Below are positions 1 to 9,501 of a stretch of 64,000 bases of DNA, piece after piece. Numbering within the stretch: position 1 is the first letter of the stretch; each line of letters begins with the position of its first letter. The stretch is from Pseudomonadota bacterium (lineage in GTDB: Bacteria > Bdellovibrionota_B > Oligoflexia > Oligoflexales > CAIYRB01). The stretch lies in contig JANOTL010000136.1 of the NCBI GenBank assembly GCA_031416315.1, positions 1 to 64,000 on the forward strand, in the 5' to 3' direction. The notes beneath the pieces are model-generated. The model worked only from the letters and a program-made list of their open reading frames with translations, did no database searches and was not told the origin of the DNA. Both the position numbers and the translations under genes were made by a program.

Positions 1-111
1 CGAGCAGGGAAGGCAAAGTCTGCATGATCATTGCCGGGGAATCCGGCGAGAGCGAGGGTCGCGTGACGGACGCTATGGGTAGCGCCGCGAGATCCCTCGC
101 TCCGCTCGGGA

Positions 112-141
112 TAGACCCTGGCGCGAAAGCGCCAGGGTCTA
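112..141. repeat. Perfect 13-bp hairpin with GAAA tetraloop (terminator or REP-like element)
   Basis: TAGACCCTGGCGC-GAAA-GCGCCAGGGTCTA; preceded by a second short imperfect hairpin at about 92-112. Confidence 0.6.
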
Positions 142-239
142 ACTAACAGAATTTATTGGAGTCATTGCGCGAAGCGTCAGCTTTTGCCGGGGTCCGTCCG
201 AAACCGAGCTCACCCACGACTCGGGAAAGGATGCCCCGT

Positions 240-2387
240 ATGACTCGTCAAGACCGTCTCGTTTTGGCCTTCGCGACGCTTGTCGCCTCCGGTTGCGGCG
301 CCGTCAAGGACGCTGCCAACAGCGCGGAGAAGGCGCTCGACAACGAAGAGCGTTACGCTGAGGTGCCGGGCGAAGCCGCGGACACGCAGCTCGAGAAGAC
401 GACCTACGCGCCGACTTCCGACGCCAACGCCATCGCCGGCGCGCTGAAGCTCGCCGAGGCGGACAAAGCGAAGGAAGGGGCGCAACTCCTAGGCCTGATC
501 GAGGAGGAGGAAGGCTCCGTCAACGAGACCGACGACGCCACGGTCGACTATCTGAAGTCGGGGCAGGCCTCTAAACAAACGATCAAGACCGACGCGTTCA
601 AGCTGCCGGACCCGGCCGCGCTCGGCGCCACGCCGAAGCAAAAGGGCGCGGGCCTCCACTTCGCGCTCCTCTACGAGCCGAAGGAGACCGCGGATCCCGC
701 CACCTTCAACCCGGCGACTGACGCGGTCTCCGCCACGTCCGCCGCCTGGGGCGGCAAGAGCGAGATCATGATCTCGACCGCGGCGTCCGTCGCCGTGCGC
801 GACCAAGCCGCGCGCGGCACGTGCGCGGCGCACGCCGGCGTCGGCGAGCTCGAGCATTGGATCATGAAGAAGTACCCGAACCTGAAGGGCGTCGACCTTT
901 CCGAGCAGCGCTTCTACTTCATGTCGAAGAAGGAGAACTGGGAGAACGGCGGCACCGTCGACACCGACGGCGGCTCTTACTGGGGCTCCGGTTACGTCCT
1001 CAGCTCCGGCCAGGACGGCGAGCTCGCGCCCTCGAACAACAACCCGAGCTACAACATCCCGCTCGAGGCCGACTGCCCCTACAATCCGGCGGCCGGCTCG
1101 AACGAGCTGCAGACGCCGCAGCCCGCCAGCTGCCTCCGCGGCGCCGTCAAGGTCGTGAAGGCGACCGAGACGTATTGGCAGACGAAGGGCGGCGGCCCGA
1201 AAATCTGGTACTCCAACGCCGTGATGACGGCCGAGCAGATCCTCGCCTATCTCGCGACCAAGGACCTGCCGGTGCCGATCGCCTCCAGCCTCGACGATGC
1301 TTGGCGGGACAACGACGGCATGATCACGCTCGCCGCGTCGAAGGCGAAGTCCGCGGTGACGCAGGACGGGCACACCGGCGGTCACGCCTACCTCGTCGTC
1401 GGCGCGCGCAAGCTCGACGAGGCGAAGTTCCCGAACGAAGGCGGCATGTGCTTCGTCGTCAAGAACTCGTGGGGCTTGGGCTGGGGCGCCAACGGCTTCT
1501 CCTGCATGACGCTCGCTTGGTTCAACGCCCACCGTCGCCCCGAGGCGTACGACATCGCCACCGACGTCCTCGTCGACGAAGCCTACCTCGGCGCGACGTT
1601 CGCCGGCGGCGTTCCCGCGACGCTCGCTGCGCCGGAGGACAAGGCTCCGGATCCGGCGCCCGCGCCGACGCCCGAGCCCGCGCCCGTGGTCGTCGCCGCG
1701 ACGCCCGGAGCGCCGGCGCCCGCTCCGGCCCCCGCCCCCGCCCCCGTCGTCCAGACCACCGCGGACGGCTACGCCGTCGGCAAGCTCGTCACCGGCTCGA
1801 GCGGCGCCATCCAGGCGCTGACCAAGACCGAAGGCTCGACCTTGAAAGTGCGCGGCGTCCACAAGGGTCAGACCGGACAGACGCAGGATCTGTCTTTGAA
1901 TTTGAGCGGCAGCAAGATCATGCACACGCAGAAGAAGGGCGACAAGGACGTGACGACGCAGGTCGGCGAGGTCCAAGGCGACACCGTCGAGCTCTGCGGC
2001 GGCAAGTTCGTCGAGACCTGCAACCTCAACTTCGTCACCGACGCGAACGAGCTGAAGCTCGGCCTGTCCGAGGCCGAGTTCCGCAGCGAGGAGCCGGATG
2101 CGGACGCCGACTACGAGTCGCTCGTCAGCTTCAAGGGCTACGGCATCGAGTACGCGCTCGCCGGCAAGACGCGCGTCGACGTCCGTCTGAAGATCAACGG
2201 CACCGCCACCAACCCGATCCGCCTCAAGGTCAAGGTCATCGACGGCGACATCTTGTACAAAGGCAAGGCGATCGGCAACTACCAGAAGGCGGCGCTTTGT
2301 AGCGGGGCGTTCAAGGACGTGTGTCGGATCGTGGTGAGCTCGTCGGAGAAGAAGATCAATATCTTCTTCAAGGCGAAGAAGAACTAA
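240..2387 (+). CDS. Papain-like (C1 family) cysteine peptidase, lipoprotein
   Basis: Lipobox VASGC; catalytic motifs DQAARGTC, GGHAYLVVG, VKNSWGLGWG; Pro/Ala linker, then a duplicated C-terminal domain; start moved to ATG 240 after GGAAAGG. Confidence 0.85.
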   Translation: MTRQDRLVLAFATLVASGCGAVKDAANSAEKALDNEERYAEVPGEAADTQLEKTTYAPTSDANAIAGALKLAEADKAKEGAQLLGLIEEEEGSVNETDDATVDYLKSGQASKQTIKTDAFKLPDPAALGATPKQKGAGLHFALLYEPKETADPATFNPATDAVSATSAAWGGKSEIMISTAASVAVRDQAARGTCAAHAGVGELEHWIMKKYPNLKGVDLSEQRFYFMSKKENWENGGTVDTDGGSYWGSGYVLSSGQDGELAPSNNNPSYNIPLEADCPYNPAAGSNELQTPQPASCLRGAVKVVKATETYWQTKGGGPKIWYSNAVMTAEQILAYLATKDLPVPIASSLDDAWRDNDGMITLAASKAKSAVTQDGHTGGHAYLVVGARKLDEAKFPNEGGMCFVVKNSWGLGWGANGFSCMTLAWFNAHRRPEAYDIATDVLVDEAYLGATFAGGVPATLAAPEDKAPDPAPAPTPEPAPVVVAATPGAPAPAPAPAPAPVVQTTADGYAVGKLVTGSSGAIQALTKTEGSTLKVRGVHKGQTGQTQDLSLNLSGSKIMHTQKKGDKDVTTQVGEVQGDTVELCGGKFVETCNLNFVTDANELKLGLSEAEFRSEEPDADADYESLVSFKGYGIEYALAGKTRVDVRLKINGTATNPIRLKVKVIDGDILYKGKAIGNYQKAALCSGAFKDVCRIVVSSSEKKINIFFKAKKN

Positions 2388-2397
2388 GGCGGTTTAA

Positions 2398-2449
2398 ACC
2401 GCAAAGGGCGCAAAGAATTTTTAGGCCGAGCCTTTGCGACCTTTGCGGT
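2398..2449. terminator. Inverted repeat between convergent genes, probable bidirectional terminator
   Basis: ACCGCAAAGGGCGCAAAG ... CTTTGCGACCTTTGCGGT. Confidence 0.55.
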
Positions 2450-2456
2450 CAATGCC

Positions 2457-3029
2457 CTATTTGACCCAAACCTTCATCGCCCCGTCCTTGTCGTGCACGT
2501 AACCCCAACGCAGCATCCACGGATTCGCCGTCGTGCCGCTGACGAAGACGCGGTCCAGACCACCCACGGTGACGCCGGACGAAGGCTCGCCCGTGAGGTC
2601 GGGGTCGATGCCGATGAAGGACAAGGTCTTGCCGGGGCCGAAACCGCCGAGCCGGATGCGCACGGTGTCGGTGTCTTCGCCGTCGAGGGACGCCGTGACG
2701 CCGGTGACCTCCTGCGTGCCGAAGCTGTCCCACACGACGTTCGCACGGCGTCCCGAGACGATCAGCTGATCGATGGTCGCCGTCGTGTTGTTGACGAACG
2801 CGAGGTCGATCGCGAAGGACTCGAGCGAGCCCGGGAAGCCGCCGACGAGGTGCACGCTCGCTTTTGAGCCGTCAACGTCAACGTCTTCGATCTCTAGGAC
2901 GTACTTGACCGGGCTCGGCCGAGGGGCGAGCGCGGCGGTGGCGTTCGGGTCGCCTTCGGTGGCGAGGGCGGTCGTGGACACGGAAATTGCTGCTGCTGCC
3001 GAGAGGACTGCTGCTGCTAGGGCGTGCAT
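2457..3029 (-). CDS. Secreted hypothetical protein (beta-rich)
   Basis: Signal peptide MHALAAAVLSAAAAISVSTTALA; GGAG RBS; GC3-rich codons. Confidence 0.7.
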   Translation of the reverse strand: MHALAAAVLSAAAAISVSTTALATEGDPNATAALAPRPSPVKYVLEIEDVDVDGSKASVHLVGGFPGSLESFAIDLAFVNNTTATIDQLIVSGRRANVVWDSFGTQEVTGVTASLDGEDTDTVRIRLGGFGPGKTLSFIGIDPDLTGEPSSGVTVGGLDRVFVSGTTANPWMLRWGYVHDKDGAMKVWVK

Positions 3030-3164
3030 GGTGTGTCTCCAAAGGGTTCGTGGAGAAAGAGTAGGCCCGGGGTGCGGGGGCGGGCAAGGGTGGGGTTGCG
3101 GGGACGCGAGATTTGCGTTCGGGGATGGTCGGGCGAGGACGATTTTGGACGTCGTCGCGTCGGC

Positions 3165-3190
3165 AAAAAAAAGCCGCCCGAAGGGGCGGC
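3165..3190 (-). terminator. Rho-independent terminator after speD
   Basis: Minus strand GCCGCCC-CTTC-GGGCGGC followed by T8. Confidence 0.85.
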
Positions 3191-3210
3191 GACAGCGCGA
3201 AGCGCTCACG

Positions 3211-3993
3211 TCAATCCGGCCACATATGCAGAATCGACCGCATCTCCCGATTGATCGCCTCCATATGCGCCTTGATCGCCACATCCCCCGGATCCACCGG
3301 ATCCCGGAAGTAAGTCGGCACCGCCTGCTTCATCCGCAGCATCTTCGTCTGCCAGATGTTGTCCGACTGGAGCGCCAAATCGATGCAGTGGTAGTCCTTC
3401 AGCACGTCCGGCGCGATGAAGTCCTGGATGCTCTTCATCGCATGATCCATGTAAACGCGACGGCCTTCCTTGTCCCGTGTGAAGCCGCGCACCACGTAGT
3501 CCATCACGACGACGTCCGAGTCCAGCTTCTGGAACATGTAGTTCAAAGCGCGCAAAGGCGAGATCTCGCCGCAGGTCGCGATGTCGATGTCGATGCGGAA
3601 GGAGCAGATCGTGCCGCCGAGGTGGAAGTCGGGGTAGGTGTGCGCGCAGATGTGACTCTTGTCGAGGTGCATCGAGACGTTGCCGCCGATCGGCTTCCCC
3701 GGCGCGCCGCCGCCCTTCAGATCGCTCATCAGGACGAGCGAGCTGGCGCCCCACGGGTCATAGTCCTGATCGGAGACGGCGAGCACTTTCGCCTCGATGA
3801 TGTCGCAGATGCCGGTGAGGATCTCGGTGATCTTCTTGGCGCTGTAGCGCTCCGAGATGTACTGGATGTACGACAAGCGCTCCGACTCGTTCCGGGCGGC
3901 GCAGAAGTCGTACAGGTTGAAGCTGAGCGCCTTCGTCAAATTGTTGAAGCCGGCCAACTCGACGGTGGAGGTAGGGGGCGTGACTCGATGCAT
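3211..3993 (-). CDS. speD: S-adenosylmethionine decarboxylase proenzyme (E. coli-type, long form)
   Basis: GFNNLTKALSFNLYD, HLDKSHICAHTYP (self-cleavage region), TCGEISPL, DYVVRGFTRD. Confidence 0.93.
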   Translation of the reverse strand: MHRVTPPTSTVELAGFNNLTKALSFNLYDFCAARNESERLSYIQYISERYSAKKITEILTGICDIIEAKVLAVSDQDYDPWGASSLVLMSDLKGGGAPGKPIGGNVSMHLDKSHICAHTYPDFHLGGTICSFRIDIDIATCGEISPLRALNYMFQKLDSDVVVMDYVVRGFTRDKEGRRVYMDHAMKSIQDFIAPDVLKDYHCIDLALQSDNIWQTKMLRMKQAVPTYFRDPVDPGDVAIKAHMEAINREMRSILHMWPD

Positions 3994-3998
3994 CGTTC

Positions 3999-6900
3999 TC
4001 AGCCTTGTTCTTTTTTGGCCATGTTCGGGAGCGGGCGCTGCAAGCCCATGAAGATGACGGATAGCTGCAGCAGATACGAGGCCTCGGCCTCGGGATAGAG
4101 AAAGTTCTTGGTCCGCGCCAGCGCCAGACCCCAGCAGTTCGAGGTGGAACGATATTCGGCCCCGACGGCCGTGTAAACGTCCTTAGCGTAATCAGCGGCT
4201 TGCCCGTCGATCTCGCGTTTCTTGAGCCGTATATAGCTAACGATCCCAGGAATCAAGGTGCTATCGACCCCGGCCGAGCGCTCCCGAGTGTACTCAAACG
4301 TCTCGGTCGCGGTGATCAGCTTCTTGCTGACCGTGTAGCCGACGCTCATCGTCGTGCCGAGGACCGGGGGCAAGGCCAGACCCAGGGACAGCTTCTTCAG
4401 GGTTCGCACGTAGATCCCGTAGGTCCCGGCCGCCGTCAGCGCGTAGCCGTAGTGGCGGATCCCCATCTCATAGGCCAGGTCCTTCCACGCCTCGGGCACG
4501 GTGTCCGCCGGCGCCTTCTCCGCGCGCAGCTTTTCCCGCTTCAGGGCGTCGAGGAAATCGTAAGCCACCGAAGCCTTCAGGTTCATGGGCGAGTCGTAGT
4601 ACTGGTCGACGAGCTGCTCGCCGTCGACGAGCCAGCGCTTGTCGCCCTGCTCCAACGTGCCCGCGTCGGGCGGGATCGGGCGGCGCAGGCTGGCCTCCAG
4701 CTCGCGGCGGGCGCGCCCCTCGATCGTTTCGCCTTCGGGCGGCGCGAAGCCCGGCTTCGCCGTCTCGGTCCAGGCGCGCCGGTAGAGCTTCCAGAGATGG
4801 GTCGAAGACAGCTCGACCCGGCGGTGCGGCTTCATCCGCTCCTCCTCGGGGACGTCTTCGTCGGCGGGGAGCCGCGTGAACCGGTCGCTCGCGAAGTAGG
4901 AGAGCTCGCCGCCCTCCTCGTCCGGATCGGTGTAAGGCCCGCGCCGCACGACCGAGGGCCGCACCGAGAAGCGCAGGCGCCAGTCCATGAGGTGGTGGCC
5001 GTAGCGCCGCGGCCTGTTGGCGTCGGCCAGGAGCGCCTCGCAGTTGGCCTCCGAGTACGTCAAATCACGGGGATTGCAGACGGCCTCGCCCGGGTCGAGC
5101 CAGATCGGGAGCTCGCCCTTGCCGTCGATCGGCAGACTGAGGTCGATCCCGGTCCGGAACGTGCGCGCCTCGCTGCGCGGCTCGGCGAGGCCGGCGTGGT
5201 CGACGTAGCGGCCCTCGAAGACCGAAAAATGGCTCACCTGCACGATCTGGTCGGAGACCAGAGGCGCCGTCGTCGAGAACGCCACGCGTCGCCAGTTGCC
5301 GTCGCCCAGCGTCCTTTCCGCGGTGCTCTCTAGGGAGCTGTCCTTGAACTCGGTGATGCGCGACTGTTCCGCCTCCACACGGCCGTAGAGCGGGAAAGGC
5401 GCGCCCTTCGGCAGGAGGCTGAAAGGGCGCGTGGCAAGTTTAAAGCGTCCGGGCATCTGCTGGCCCTCGAAGCGCTCGTCGGTCAGATAGTTGTCGCCGT
5501 AACGGGCGCCGAGGCCGGCGTAAAAGTCGGTGCCGTCCAGATGCAGCTGCGCCTTCGCCGTGGAGAACGCCTTGGCGGCGCGCCCGCCGAACATCGCCTC
5601 CTGGAAATCGTTGGGGACGCGGAGATCCTCGGTGTAGCGGTGGTCGGAGAGGATCTCCGCGTTGCTCGCCAAGGATAGGCGCGGCGCGAAGAAGCTCACG
5701 CCGCGCCAGGCGTAGGCGCCGCGCCATGTGTTGTTCGGGGCGCCGAAGTGCTCGTCGATTTGATCGTGGAAGCGGCCGGCGCTCGCCTCCGTGAGGCGGC
5801 CGTCCGGATCGCTCGTCTCTTTTTCCTTGGCGATCCCGTCCCAATAAACCGGGTCGCCAAGCCGTTGCTCGAGGCGCCCGCGCGCCGTGGGAGCGGGCGG
5901 ATCGTCCGCCGAGGGCGCAGGCGCCTGCCCGCGTGTGACGGCGAGCGCCCGCCCTAGGCCCTCGTCGTAAAGCGAGTAGAGGTCCTGACGCGTCGAGCGG
6001 TCATCGAGCCAAAGGCGATCGCGAATGCCCTCGACGTTCAGCTCCCAGCCCGAGAACTGCCGCTGCTGAATCCGGTACTCGACGCCGACCCGCGTGCCGC
6101 GCTTCTCGAAGAGGTCGGTGGTGAAGGTCGCGTCGGCGTTGTCGCCCAAGGCGAAGAACACCGGTTGGCGGACGATGTTGCCGCTCCGAGGCTCGAAGCC
6201 GATGGTCGGCATGAGGAGGCCGGTTTGCCGCTCGTCCTTCAGCGGCACCTTGATATACGGCAGGTAAAGGACCGGGATGCCTTTGATCTCGAGCACCGGG
6301 TGATAGAGGTCGGCGTAGCCGCCGACCTGCGCCTCCATCTCGTCGGCGCGAAAGCCCCAGGCCGGCGACTCGCCCTCCTCGCAAAGGCAAGGCGTGAAGA
6401 GCGCGTGGCGCGCCTCGTAGTCATTGCCGTCCGTGCGGGTGAGCGTCTCGCCTTGCACCTTGAAGTAAAGGGTCGAGGGCAGCTCGGCCTTGGTCGCGGC
6501 GGCGACGCCGACCTTGCTCCGCTCGTAGAACTCGCGGCGGCGCGTGATGGCCTCGCGGCGCTCTTTGGGCAGGCGCGCCAGCGAAGGATTCGGCTGCTTG
6601 GCGATCAGCTCGCTCTGCTCTAACACGCGCGCGTAGCTCGAGACGAGCTCGTCCGCCACGTTCGGCGCCTGCCGCCGCGCCTCGCCCTTGAGCCGTGTTT
6701 TCTTCTCCTCGAGCTCGGCTAGGCGCAGCTTGCGCTTCTGCTCGAAGCCGAGCTCGGTCTTCGTGAATCCGAGGATGCGCTCGACGACGCGCGCCGATTC
6801 GAGCGGATCGTTGACGACCATCGTGGCGCCCTCGATCTTGAAGTCGCCGGTCTTCAGGTGGTAGCGCACGACGTCGCCGAGGAAGACGGCGTTCTTGCCC

Positions 6901-7187
6901 ATGACGACGACTCTGCCCTTCGCCTCGATCTTGCCGTTCGGCCGGTCGAAGGCGAGGGTGTCGGCGGCGATCAAGGTGCCGGCGCCGATCGCGACGACGT
7001 TGCCCTCGAGGTTCTGCTGCGTCATGTCCTTGTTGAAAGCGACGCGGTCGGCGTCGAAGAGCACGCGCGAGCCGATCTCTTCCGCGACGGCGCCCACGGC
7101 GTCGTCGAAGGCCTCGTCCTGTGCGGGCGCAGCCCCCGGGCGAGCCAGGACGGCGAGAAGGACGAGGGCTGCAGCGCGACGGAAAAT
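3999..7187 (-). CDS. lptD: LPS-assembly protein LptD (large, with insertions); start uncertain
   Basis: OstA-like N-domain, FTPC..C...PAWGFRA, IPVLYLPY, RQTGLLMP, C-terminal CWG and barrel strands. Confidence 0.8.
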   Translation of the reverse strand: MFRRAAALVLLAVLARPGAAPAQDEAFDDAVGAVAEEIGSRVLFDADRVAFNKDMTQQNLEGNVVAIGAGTLIAADTLAFDRPNGKIEAKGRVVVMGKNAVFLGDVVRYHLKTGDFKIEGATMVVNDPLESARVVERILGFTKTELGFEQKRKLRLAELEEKKTRLKGEARRQAPNVADELVSSYARVLEQSELIAKQPNPSLARLPKERREAITRRREFYERSKVGVAAATKAELPSTLYFKVQGETLTRTDGNDYEARHALFTPCLCEEGESPAWGFRADEMEAQVGGYADLYHPVLEIKGIPVLYLPYIKVPLKDERQTGLLMPTIGFEPRSGNIVRQPVFFALGDNADATFTTDLFEKRGTRVGVEYRIQQRQFSGWELNVEGIRDRLWLDDRSTRQDLYSLYDEGLGRALAVTRGQAPAPSADDPPAPTARGRLEQRLGDPVYWDGIAKEKETSDPDGRLTEASAGRFHDQIDEHFGAPNNTWRGAYAWRGVSFFAPRLSLASNAEILSDHRYTEDLRVPNDFQEAMFGGRAAKAFSTAKAQLHLDGTDFYAGLGARYGDNYLTDERFEGQQMPGRFKLATRPFSLLPKGAPFPLYGRVEAEQSRITEFKDSSLESTAERTLGDGNWRRVAFSTTAPLVSDQIVQVSHFSVFEGRYVDHAGLAEPRSEARTFRTGIDLSLPIDGKGELPIWLDPGEAVCNPRDLTYSEANCEALLADANRPRRYGHHLMDWRLRFSVRPSVVRRGPYTDPDEEGGELSYFASDRFTRLPADEDVPEEERMKPHRRVELSSTHLWKLYRRAWTETAKPGFAPPEGETIEGRARRELEASLRRPIPPDAGTLEQGDKRWLVDGEQLVDQYYDSPMNLKASVAYDFLDALKREKLRAEKAPADTVPEAWKDLAYEMGIRHYGYALTAAGTYGIYVRTLKKLSLGLALPPVLGTTMSVGYTVSKKLITATETFEYTRERSAGVDSTLIPGIVSYIRLKKREIDGQAADYAKDVYTAVGAEYRSTSNCWGLALARTKNFLYPEAEASYLLQLSVIFMGLQRPLPNMAKKEQG

Positions 7188-7263
7188 GTCGGGGATCCTC
7201 CTGATTTCTTTATAGATAGCAGGGATTCTGGCCTGCGCCTCGCGAAATGTGGCGGCTTCTTTC

Positions 7264-7290
7264 TCACATCGGCGGCAAGGGCGCCGAAAA
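7264..7290 (+). promoter_or_regulatory. Putative sigma28 (FliA)-like promoter
   Basis: TCAC-N15-GCCGAAAA, ending 8 nt before ATG 7299. Confidence 0.4.
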
Positions 7291-7298
7291 GTGGACAC

Positions 7299-9374
7299 AT
7301 GCCTAATTGGATTGCGAAATTGCGCGAGCGCCTGGCGGCCGGCAAGCGTTACGGCGCGCTGGGTCGCGCTTACGTGCCGGCGCTAGCGGTCATGGCGCTA
7401 GCGGTCGGCCTCGCGTTGGCGCCTTCCGGCGTCGGCCTCGAGCAGGCGAGCGCCCGGATCGTGGACCTCGCGCTCCGGCGCGCTGTCGGACGCGAGCCGC
7501 CGCTCGATCCGCGCATCAAGATCTTCGCCTACGACGACGCGACCCTCTCGATGGTCGGCGCACCGGACCTGCCGGTGAGCGACTGGATGAAGGTGGTCCG
7601 CGCCTTGTCGGCGAAGAAGCCGCAGCTCGTCGTGATCGACAAGATCTTCGCGCAGCTGCCACCCGGGGAGGATCTCACGGAGTTCCTCGAGGTCTTCGCC
7701 GCGGCGCCGGTCGTGGTCGGCGCCTTCGTCGCGACCGACGCCATCAAGGATCGGCCGCTCCTTGATCTGAGCCTTCCGGCGTTCGCCGCCGAGAACTTCC
7801 TGGCGACCGGCGCGGCGCGGGCGCCGAGCGGCGGGTTCCCCTACGGCCCCAGTGCCAAGCTCGCGGCGGCGCTCGGCACGACGCCACGCATTGGCCACGC
7901 CAATCTCGAGCCGGGTGGCGCACGGCGGCCCTTCGTGGCGTTCGAGGGCGGACGCGTCGTGCCGTCCTTGCCCTTGCTCGCGGCTAAGTCGATTCGGCTC
8001 GACGCGGCCGACGCCGTGTATGCGGACGGCAAGTCGATGCCGATCGACCACTTAGGCCGCACGCCGGGCGGCTTCGTCTCCCCAGAGGCGGTGACGAAGC
8101 GCTCCTATTCGATGCGCGCTTTGATCGAGCGTGCGCGCGCCGGGGGCGACATCTCGGTCGTGAAGGAAGCAGATATCGTCGTCATCCTGCCGCTGATGTT
8201 CACCGGTAACGCGGATTTCTTCGACTCGCCCTACGGTCGCCAGCCTGGAGGCTACTTCCTCGTCTCGGATCTCAACGACGTGCTGATAGGCCGCTACACG
8301 CGGCCGCTGCCGTCGCGTGGAATCTTGGTCTGTCTCTGGGGCGTCCTCGGCATCTACCTCGGCATGCGCGCGCGGCTCGGTCGCGCCCTGGTCCTCGTCG
8401 TCGCCGCGACGGCGTTCGCCTGCGCGCTCGGCGTCGCGGGCTTCGCGTTCGCCGACGTGGTGAGCCCGTGGCTGCCCTCCGCGCTCGCGACGCTCGGCTG
8501 CGGGACGATCATGTACCTGGAGCGGCAGCGCGAGGAGACATTGCGGCGCGTGCACGTCGACGCGGCCCTGGAGACGGCGAGCGCCTTACAGATGATCACG
8601 ATACCGCCTTCGACCTTCGTGTCGCCTGCGCTCAAGATTGCGGCGGCGTACGTGCCCGCCGACGAATGCGCGGGCGATTGGTGGCACCACTTCGAGCTCG
8701 AAGGGATCCGCTACGTGATCGTCGCGGATGCGACGGGCCACGGCGTCTCCGCGGCGCTGATCTCGACGGCGTCACGCGCGGCGGTGGAGTCGCTCTGCGC
8801 AGCGGGCGAGCCGATGGAGCCGGCCGCGATCCTCCAGCGCATGGGCCAAGTGCTCTTCGGCATGGGGCAAGGGCGGCTGACGACCTGCGCTTGCGCGGTC
8901 GCGATCGATCTGCGGCAGGGCACGATGCGGATCGCCAACTCGGGTCTGTGCTTTCCTCTGCTGGTGCCCGCGCGCAAAGACGACGACCGCCTGCCCGAAG
9001 GCACCAAACGGCGCGGCATCGCGAAGGCGGGGGTGCTGACGGTCCGCGCCGCCGGCTCGCCGCTCGGGCTCTTCGACGAGAACGACACGAACGCGGTCGA
9101 CGTCCCGCTGCGCGCGGGCGACCGCCTCGTGATTTACTCCGACGGCTTGACGGAAGCGAACGATCCGCGCGGCAAGCAGTGGGGCCAGAACGCGCTCGCG
9201 GCGGCGTTGGACCGCGCGCGCGAGCAGGATGCGCCCACGATCCTGCGCGACGTGCTCGCCGCGCTCGACCTTTTTCGCGAGAAAGAGCCGTTCGGAGACG
9301 ACGTCACGGTCGTCGTCGTGGATATCGCCGCGCTGCACGCCGATATGACGCGTTCCGCCACTCTGCTTGGTTGA
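7299..9374 (+). CDS. CHASE2-domain membrane sensor with SpoIIE/PP2C phosphatase
   Basis: N-terminal TM, CHASE2-like periplasmic region, 3 TMs, then AGDWW, ADATGHG, YSDGLTE, DDVT. Confidence 0.85.
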   Translation: MPNWIAKLRERLAAGKRYGALGRAYVPALAVMALAVGLALAPSGVGLEQASARIVDLALRRAVGREPPLDPRIKIFAYDDATLSMVGAPDLPVSDWMKVVRALSAKKPQLVVIDKIFAQLPPGEDLTEFLEVFAAAPVVVGAFVATDAIKDRPLLDLSLPAFAAENFLATGAARAPSGGFPYGPSAKLAAALGTTPRIGHANLEPGGARRPFVAFEGGRVVPSLPLLAAKSIRLDAADAVYADGKSMPIDHLGRTPGGFVSPEAVTKRSYSMRALIERARAGGDISVVKEADIVVILPLMFTGNADFFDSPYGRQPGGYFLVSDLNDVLIGRYTRPLPSRGILVCLWGVLGIYLGMRARLGRALVLVVAATAFACALGVAGFAFADVVSPWLPSALATLGCGTIMYLERQREETLRRVHVDAALETASALQMITIPPSTFVSPALKIAAAYVPADECAGDWWHHFELEGIRYVIVADATGHGVSAALISTASRAAVESLCAAGEPMEPAAILQRMGQVLFGMGQGRLTTCACAVAIDLRQGTMRIANSGLCFPLLVPARKDDDRLPEGTKRRGIAKAGVLTVRAAGSPLGLFDENDTNAVDVPLRAGDRLVIYSDGLTEANDPRGKQWGQNALAAALDRAREQDAPTILRDVLAALDLFREKEPFGDDVTVVVVDIAALHADMTRSATLLG

Positions 9375-9375
9375 T

Positions 9376-9396
9376 CACAGAACGCTTTGTTCTGTG
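9376..9396. promoter_or_regulatory. Palindrome CACAGAAC-N5-GTTCTGTG upstream of a DUF4360 gene
   Basis: Perfect 8-bp arms; same GAAC-N5-GTTC core as at 49933 and 50766. Confidence 0.45.
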
Positions 9397-9501
9397 GGTC
9401 CCTTCCCGCGGCCGCCGCCTCGTGCTACAAACCGATGCAGGGGGAGAGCTGCAGGCCACCCGCAAAGTGAAGAGCCACAAGACTTCCAAGGGGACATCAA
9501 A

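Noticed and set aside
1..111. 3' end of an upstream CDS
   Set aside because: Too short to assign a frame or product
177..204. sigma28-like promoter for the C1 peptidase (TCAG-N16-TCCGAAAC)
   Set aside because: Spacing and -10 box both deviate from the other instances; too weak to call
9400..9500. Riboswitch upstream of the DUF4360 gene
   Set aside because: Only short hairpins; no aptamer consensus I can recognise
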